Positions 58,563 to 64,000 of a stretch of DNA of 64,000 bases are shown here, one piece after another. The notes beneath the pieces are model-generated. The model was not told the DNA's origin and searched no databases. It was given only the letters and a program-made list of their open reading frames with translations. Every line of letters begins with the position of its first letter. Position 1 is the stretch's first letter. The translations under genes were made by a program, and so were the position numbers. Location: assembly GCA_000146465.1 (NCBI GenBank), contig CP001943.1; one strand, 5' to 3'.

Positions 58563-58868
58563 TTATTTATTCTGGCGACTAATCTCTGCCATCCTCTCTA
58601 GATGTTCACTAGTCGGGAGGCTTTTAGAGCCTTGAATCTCTCTTCCTCCAAAACTGTAGTCAAAGTCCTTTTCAATAATAAATCGTATATCTCCATTGTC
58701 CACAATATTCTTTCCCTTGTGCTTGCACAGAAGCGCAGATCGATGAATTATATCCGATAAAAACTTCTCTGTTAGGAGCTGAAGGTTCCTTATTACGTCC
58801 TTATCAATCTTTTTGTTACAAAGCTTCAAGAGCTTTTTTGGGCAAAGAAAGTGATGTTCGATGTTCAT
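58563..58868 (-). CDS. TAF12: TFIID subunit TAF12-like histone-fold protein
   Basis: Histone-fold segment LLKLCNKKIDKDVIRNLQLLTEKFLSDIIHRSALLCKHKGKNIVDNGDIRFIIEKDFDYSFGG parallels the TAF12 C-terminus (...VKDVQLHLERQWNMWIPGFG). The track start at 58880 is TTG. The ATG (MNIEHH) at 58868 is preceded by gatCCCCaaa. Confidence 0.45.
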   Translation of the reverse strand: MNIEHHFLCPKKLLKLCNKKIDKDVIRNLQLLTEKFLSDIIHRSALLCKHKGKNIVDNGDIRFIIEKDFDYSFGGREIQGSKSLPTSEHLERMAEISRQNK

Positions 58869-58914
58869 TTTGGGGATCAAAAACTCAACAAGACTATTTT
58901 CCCCTTTTTCTCAA

Positions 58915-60015
58915 ATGGTAGAGATAATAGATAAAATACGGGAGATAAAATATGCAGATGAAATGGATTATATTGTTGAAGGATTGGTTAACAATGAAAT
59001 AGAGGAATCCTTGAGGTTAATACTTGACTTGACAAATGATGAGAAGTTCAAAAGCTACATGAAAGAATCCAGGTATTTGGATGAAATAATCCAGGTAATA
59101 TCTGAGAAGGGGGTATTAGAAACTACATCCGGTATGGTGCTTGAGATATTATCAAGGACTTTCAATCCATATTCTCTTGTTGATTTCAAGGGTTTATTTA
59201 AGGTCCTGGCGATGGCATTTAATAGGTGTGAAGTGGAAAATATATCGGCAGAGTCTTCTATCTGTGTCCAAAGGGAGGCAAACTTCATTACAGAAATACT
59301 AGAGAAAATTCCGATTAAGTGGTATTCTAAATTTTCTAATCACACAGAGCTCAGAAAAGTGGTTTTTTCCTTACAGATGTGTACAAGCAGAAAAGTGATA
59401 GAATGGAACAAGTTTCTGATTTCTCTTCTAATGAAGCATCCTGAATTAGGAATTATCGATGATTTTGCTTCCATTCTATTGAAGAAAGGTAGAAACTACG
59501 AAGTAATAGCAAATTATACAATGTTTAGGGAAAATGCTGAAAAGTTATTTCTTAGTGAGAACTTCAGACAGTGTTTAAGAAGAGTAGTTATAAAGGAGTT
59601 CATAAAAGACAAAGATTATAAAAGGCCCAGATACATGCTGAAAGGACTTACCCCGAAGTCTCTTGTCCTGCCAGTTCCCGAAACAAAAAAAAAAGAGAGC
59701 TTGGGAGGAATAGAAAAAGACTCAAAAAGCTTGAGTAGGAAAAGATTTTTGATAATAATACTTATCAATTTGCTTTTTAGAGATTTCCATTTAGACATTC
59801 CTCTAAGCTTGATTGAAAGAGCCTATTATAGTGTGGATGAAATAACCAGATGTTACATAGCCATACTTCTTCTTTCAATTGAATATTCGGAAAAGAACAC
59901 TGTTCAAAGTATACATGTTGAAGATCTTAAGAAAGATGCGAGACATCTACTTTCCATCTCCAATACATGCTTATGCGAAGAAATCCTAAATAGATTAATC
60001 AAAATATCAAGTTAG
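58915..60015 (+). CDS. Hypothetical protein
   Basis: The track ATG at 58861 would overlap the TAF12 start. The second ATG (MVEIIDKIRE) at 58915 is preceded by tttCCCCtttttctcaa. 367 aa. No family recognised. Confidence 0.3.
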   Translation: MVEIIDKIREIKYADEMDYIVEGLVNNEIEESLRLILDLTNDEKFKSYMKESRYLDEIIQVISEKGVLETTSGMVLEILSRTFNPYSLVDFKGLFKVLAMAFNRCEVENISAESSICVQREANFITEILEKIPIKWYSKFSNHTELRKVVFSLQMCTSRKVIEWNKFLISLLMKHPELGIIDDFASILLKKGRNYEVIANYTMFRENAEKLFLSENFRQCLRRVVIKEFIKDKDYKRPRYMLKGLTPKSLVLPVPETKKKESLGGIEKDSKSLSRKRFLIIILINLLFRDFHLDIPLSLIERAYYSVDEITRCYIAILLLSIEYSEKNTVQSIHVEDLKKDARHLLSISNTCLCEEILNRLIKISS

Positions 60016-60099
60016 CCCCAAGAAAACATTGTGATTCATCTCGATTATCGATTGAGTTTCTTAGGCAGAATTTATTTTGTTGTATTTTAAACCCCAGCC

Positions 60100-61374
60100 A
60101 TGGCAGACAAATCTCTAATTCAGGATGATAAAGAAGTTGCAAGAGAGTTATTTGCAATGATTAAACAAGACACTACTGCAATAGAAACAGGCCTTGATGG
60201 AAATGTCAGCGGTGTGGTAACCGATAGAGGAAAGCTTTTGGTTGCAGAACATTTCTCCGATATGGGCTTGTCAGACGAACTTCTAAAGGCCATTTACAAC
60301 AGGGGTTTTGAAAAGCCGAGCTTAATTCAAAAGTCTGCAGTTCCCCACATCCTTAAAGGACACAACATTGTAGTCCAAAGCAAAAGTGGAACTGGGAAAA
60401 CAATAGCTTTTACCTGTGGGATCCTTGGAAATGTAAATGCTGGGGAAGGGACCCAGGCATTAGTGGTTACACCCACTAGAGAACTAAGTACTCAGGTCAC
60501 CGAGGTTATTTCAGGCTTTGCAGAATCTCTTGGAATGAAGGTTTTTTCGGCATTAAAAAATAAGACTACAGACATTGTTAGGGAGGAAGTTGTGGTCGGA
60601 AGCCCGGGAACGATTCTAAAGCTCATTGACCTTGGGAAGCTTAATCACAAGGAAATTAAGATGGTGGTTCTTGACGAGGCAGATATCCTCCTTGATAAAG
60701 ACATGATGGGAACACAGACATTTAGAATACTCAAGCTTGTTTCTGGTGCACAAATTATTTTCTTCTCTGCAACATACTCTGACCAAGTGAAACAGACAAT
60801 CGAGTTCTACACACCAGATGCCGTCAAGATGTATGAAGAGAGAAATGGAAAACCCGAAGAGATTAAGTTATTTTACATAGAGGCAGAAGGAGATAACAAA
60901 AGAAAAGCATTGAAATCACTTTATGAGTATCTTTCAATCAGCCAGATGATTATATTTGTAAGTACAAAGGCAACGGTCAATTACTTAAGAAAAAGACTGG
61001 AAGATGATTTACATTCAGTATCATGTCTTCATGGAGATCTGGAGATTGAGGAGAGAGAAAAAGCAGTGGAGGAGTTTAGAACTTCAAAAACCAAAATTCT
61101 CCTTACAACAGATGTCTTTTCAAGGGGGATGGACATTCCTCAAGTCAATCTAATTGTGAACTATGATCTTCCAATATACAAAGGTGTTGCATCTACACAA
61201 ACGTACATTCACAGGATAGGAAGATCTGGAAGATTTGGAAGGACTGGGTTTGTGGTGGATTTTGTTCGGGATGAAGAGCTGGAGGCATATCTGAAATTCC
61301 AAAAGGAATTGAAATTTGCATCAAAGAAATTTACAATCAAGGCGCTTGAGGAGGTTGCAGAAGAGATCGACTAG
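60100..61374 (+). CDS. DBP5: DEAD-box RNA helicase Dbp5/DDX19-like (mRNA export)
   Basis: Q-motif and P-loop FEKPSLIQKSAVPHIL...SKSGTGKTIAF, DEAD box VLDEADILLD, SAT motif FSATYS, and HRIGRSGRFGRTG. The short N-terminus and spacing fit Dbp5. ATG preceded by aaaCCCCagcc. Confidence 0.6.
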   Translation: MADKSLIQDDKEVARELFAMIKQDTTAIETGLDGNVSGVVTDRGKLLVAEHFSDMGLSDELLKAIYNRGFEKPSLIQKSAVPHILKGHNIVVQSKSGTGKTIAFTCGILGNVNAGEGTQALVVTPTRELSTQVTEVISGFAESLGMKVFSALKNKTTDIVREEVVVGSPGTILKLIDLGKLNHKEIKMVVLDEADILLDKDMMGTQTFRILKLVSGAQIIFFSATYSDQVKQTIEFYTPDAVKMYEERNGKPEEIKLFYIEAEGDNKRKALKSLYEYLSISQMIIFVSTKATVNYLRKRLEDDLHSVSCLHGDLEIEEREKAVEEFRTSKTKILLTTDVFSRGMDIPQVNLIVNYDLPIYKGVASTQTYIHRIGRSGRFGRTGFVVDFVRDEELEAYLKFQKELKFASKKFTIKALEEVAEEID

Positions 61375-61503
61375 TAAATAAATATCTTGAGACTTGGAAG
61401 TATGAAAGAGTCGGCTTTCTGCTTGGCACAATATATGTATTTATTTCAAATAAAACTTTTGATATGTAGGCATGTTTAAAAATTAATTTTCAAAGTCCTT
61501 AGA

Positions 61504-63621
61504 ATGGAAGGTCTAGAAGATGATTTCATACCGGATTTTACACATTTGTCTGTTGCAGGGGAAGTGGCCGATAGAAATAGCTTGGTTAGACAGGAGGGGG
61601 ATGTCGTGTACATTTCAGTGGGTAATCGACTCAACGGATGGAATTTAAGATTTTCGGAAATTGAGAAGAGTATACCCACTCTTAAGAAAAGAATAACCCA
61701 TTTCGACTTTTCCGATGGGGTATTGGTGATAGGCTATGAAAACGGAGCTATCCAAGTGCATTCAAGCGAAATAATATCGTTCCGCCCACACTCTAGAAGA
61801 GTCACAAAAGTCTCAAAGATAGGAGACTATATTTTGTCTTCTTCGGCAGACGGCAGCATCATTTTATACGACTTAATTGGAGAGGAAATTCGAATATCGT
61901 ATGAAGGAAATGACATATGTGTCGAAAAGTTTTTTTCTGATTCTTCGGTAGTTATTGGAATTTGTTCTGATAATGCATTGAGAATCTGGAATCTCGAAGA
62001 GAAGCATGTAAAAAGCGTCCACATCTTTGGAAAGGCCATAAAAGACGTGTTTGCCGTCAATGAAGAGGCCTTAATATTTTTCAAGGATGGAGAATGTATT
62101 TTCTATAATTTAGTAGAGAAGACATCTCGTCCCTTCAACAAATTTAAGAAACTAAGGAATATCAAAGTGAGAGGGAATAAGATGTTCCTTCAGAACAAAA
62201 ATAAGTTACACATATATGAAATAGATAGCAAAGATAAGATTGTACTGAGAGATCTTGAAGCTGAAAAAATAAGCGATAGATATACTGATTTTGATGTGAT
62301 GCCAGATGGAGGGCTTTTGTTTGCTACTATTGACAACAGTTGGGAGTGCTTAAAGGATGGAAAGATATACCCATTTGGATTTCACAGAAGTGAGATTCTG
62401 GGCCTTGAGACCTGCGAGGACAAGATTGTCACAATGTCGAAGGAAAGCATAATCTTCTGGGTGATAGACAAAAAAGAAATGAAAAGAGTTGGAAACATAC
62501 AGATAAAAAACGGAAAATGCATGTGCATATGGAATGGCCATGTGGTAATTGGCGGGAGTGAAGGACTTTCTTGCTACTCAGGCTTAAATTATCTCCTAGT
62601 TAAAGAAGAAAATATAGGGCCTATATCATCTGTTTTTGCCACCAGACAAGAACTACTTGTAGGGAAAGATAACAGCCTTCTGTTCTATGACAATAGATGG
62701 GTTGTTTCAAGAACATTAGAAGTAGAAGACCCCATATCGTCGATAGAAGCTTCTCAAGACGGATCTCTACTTTGCATAGGTCTCTTAAATAGCAAGGTAC
62801 ACATATATGGTATGAACGAATTGAATCTAAGAATTACCCTTTATGGACATGCTCTTCCAGTAAGGTCTATGAAGCTATCTCCCGACAATTCGGAAATCCT
62901 CACATGCGGTTCAGACAAGACCGTTAAGATGTGGGGAACACAGTTTGGAGAATGTAGGAAAAGCTTCATTGGCGATTCAAGAAGTATAGAATATTGGAAC
63001 AAAGATCTGTTTATGTTTACATCAGGTGTTATTCAGTACTTTAAGAGATATGAAAAACTTAAGGAGTTCAAGAACCGCGAATCAAACTTGGTCAAAATAA
63101 GAAAGGACATGATGATTTCCTGTGGAAAGTTTAATGTTGATCTTTATACCATGAACAAATATGAATTTCAAAAAGAAGATGAGGAGGAAAGCAATGAGGA
63201 AGAAGTTATGAGGGTAGCCAAGATAATGAATTATAAGATGTATGACCGTTTTCTAACCGAATTGGAAGAGTTATCAAAGGATTTCTCCAGTGACAACATT
63301 AAGACGTTTTTTAATGTTTTAATGGATATAGACTTTTGTGAACTGGACAAGTTTTTATGTCTAATGAACTCTTCCGACATTATCCAGGTCATGAATGTAT
63401 TGCATGAATGTTGTAATTGGAATGCGATACTGGTTGCAAGGGTATTCATTTCTTTGGTTAGACTCCACAAAGATATATGTATTTCCCATCCAAAGTTCAA
63501 GGTTTTTCTTCAGACGATTACCGATAAAACAAAAGAGGTTAGAACTCAAGTTAGCAGAAACCAGGGACTTCTTCTCACGAGGAAAAGTATAAACAAAGAA
63601 CAAAGCTTTAGCGTGGAATAA
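61504..63621 (+). CDS. UTP12: WD40-repeat nucleolar protein, Utp12/WDR3 (Dip2)-like small-subunit processome component
   Basis: Multiple WD repeats. The segment ITLYGHALPVRSMKLSPDNSEILTCGSDKTVKMWGTQFGECRKSFIGDSRSIEYWNKDLFMFTSG parallels WDR3. A C-terminal helical Utp12-like domain follows. Confidence 0.4.
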   Translation: MEGLEDDFIPDFTHLSVAGEVADRNSLVRQEGDVVYISVGNRLNGWNLRFSEIEKSIPTLKKRITHFDFSDGVLVIGYENGAIQVHSSEIISFRPHSRRVTKVSKIGDYILSSSADGSIILYDLIGEEIRISYEGNDICVEKFFSDSSVVIGICSDNALRIWNLEEKHVKSVHIFGKAIKDVFAVNEEALIFFKDGECIFYNLVEKTSRPFNKFKKLRNIKVRGNKMFLQNKNKLHIYEIDSKDKIVLRDLEAEKISDRYTDFDVMPDGGLLFATIDNSWECLKDGKIYPFGFHRSEILGLETCEDKIVTMSKESIIFWVIDKKEMKRVGNIQIKNGKCMCIWNGHVVIGGSEGLSCYSGLNYLLVKEENIGPISSVFATRQELLVGKDNSLLFYDNRWVVSRTLEVEDPISSIEASQDGSLLCIGLLNSKVHIYGMNELNLRITLYGHALPVRSMKLSPDNSEILTCGSDKTVKMWGTQFGECRKSFIGDSRSIEYWNKDLFMFTSGVIQYFKRYEKLKEFKNRESNLVKIRKDMMISCGKFNVDLYTMNKYEFQKEDEEESNEEEVMRVAKIMNYKMYDRFLTELEELSKDFSSDNIKTFFNVLMDIDFCELDKFLCLMNSSDIIQVMNVLHECCNWNAILVARVFISLVRLHKDICISHPKFKVFLQTITDKTKEVRTQVSRNQGLLLTRKSINKEQSFSVE

Positions 63622-64000
63622 ATTGCTTTCAAACCTATCTAGATACAATAACTATTCAGAAAAAAGGTCCTAACAGAAAGAATTTAGATCTGAGGGACAA
63701 GTATTTCAAAGTATCTTCATCAGGCTTGGCTCAGTTTGATAGCATCCTACGTTTTCATTAAAAGTTTTAAAAATTGGCTCCTTAAATGATTATTTGAATT
63801 CACATGATTTGTTGAACTAGTAGAAAGATAGAAGTATATCTTGAGAAGGATCGGATTTACATTATAGAAAGAAACAAACGCTCAGGAATTTCTAATAGAA
63901 ATACTGGAAGAAGTTCTGGCATAGTGGAACTTTAGATTATAAGATAGTAGAATTTGGAGAAGAGACTATAGATAATAAATAATGTATTCCAAATGTAAGT

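Noticed and set aside
63700-63760. ggcttggctcagtttgatagcatc / cgttttcattaaaag segments weakly reminiscent of U2 and U5 snRNA conserved regions
   Set aside because: The invariant elements (U2 GUAGUA branch-recognition box, U5 loop UUUUACU, U6 ACAGAGA) are not present intact. The resemblance is superficial.
63980-64000. ATG...ATGTAAGT at the extreme end of the window as a possible intron-containing gene start
   Set aside because: GTAAGT is a plausible 5' splice site next to an ATG, but the gene body lies beyond the window and there is no CCC motif. It cannot be evaluated here.
1-64000. Prokaryote-style features: CRISPR arrays, operons, IS or transposase genes, phage genes, defence islands
   Set aside because: None seen. 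The gene content is uniformly eukaryotic nuclear (histone-fold TAFs, condensin, CDK, COPII and the like), with alternating strands and monocistronic spacing.

Overview
This window looks like a gene-dense, intron-free eukaryotic chromosome segment, most consistent with a microsporidian or similarly reduced parasite nuclear genome. About 46 protein-coding genes and one tRNA occupy 64 kb, with roughly 90% of the sequence coding. Intergenic spacers are mostly 20-150 bp, AATAAA-like motifs follow many stop codons, and no prokaryotic features (operons, CRISPR, mobile elements) are present. A CCC or GGG triplet sits within about 12 nt upstream of the best ATG of about 31 of the genes. This matches the start-site motif described for microsporidia, and I used it to reposition starts where the ORF track began at TTG or GTG. 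Recognisable products include HSP90 (5'-truncated by the window edge), ATR/Mec1 kinase, MCM4, DNA ligase I, Mus81, a BRCT-repeat protein, condensin subunits Cnd1 and Brn1/kleisin, E2F, a homeobox protein, TAF11 and TAF12. Also present are the splicing factors Dim1 and SF1/BBP, Glu-, Pro- and Ala-tRNA synthetases, two Sec23/24-family COPII proteins, Rab GDI, a PRA1-like protein, O-mannosyltransferase, a secreted trehalase, Ste24 CAAX protease, signal peptidase subunit 2, SUMO E1 Uba2, CDK7/Kin28, a GPN-loop GTPase, Tsr1, Utp12/WDR3, Dbp5, WDR33/Pfs2 and a MOZART1-like mini-protein. A tRNA-Leu(AAG) with a T-run terminator lies at 55438-55519. I found no self-contained novel multi-gene system of the bacterial defence-island kind. 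The most interesting signals are the pervasive start-site motif, divergent gene pairs whose ATGs abut or overlap (one pair only 3 nt apart), a motif-supported unannotated 60-aa ORF, an HSP90 ending EEVQ instead of MEEVD, splicing factors without visible introns, and a cluster of chromosome-maintenance genes. All calls come from reading the translated ORFs and DNA by eye. No database searches were run, and coordinates counted by hand may be off by 1 nt.
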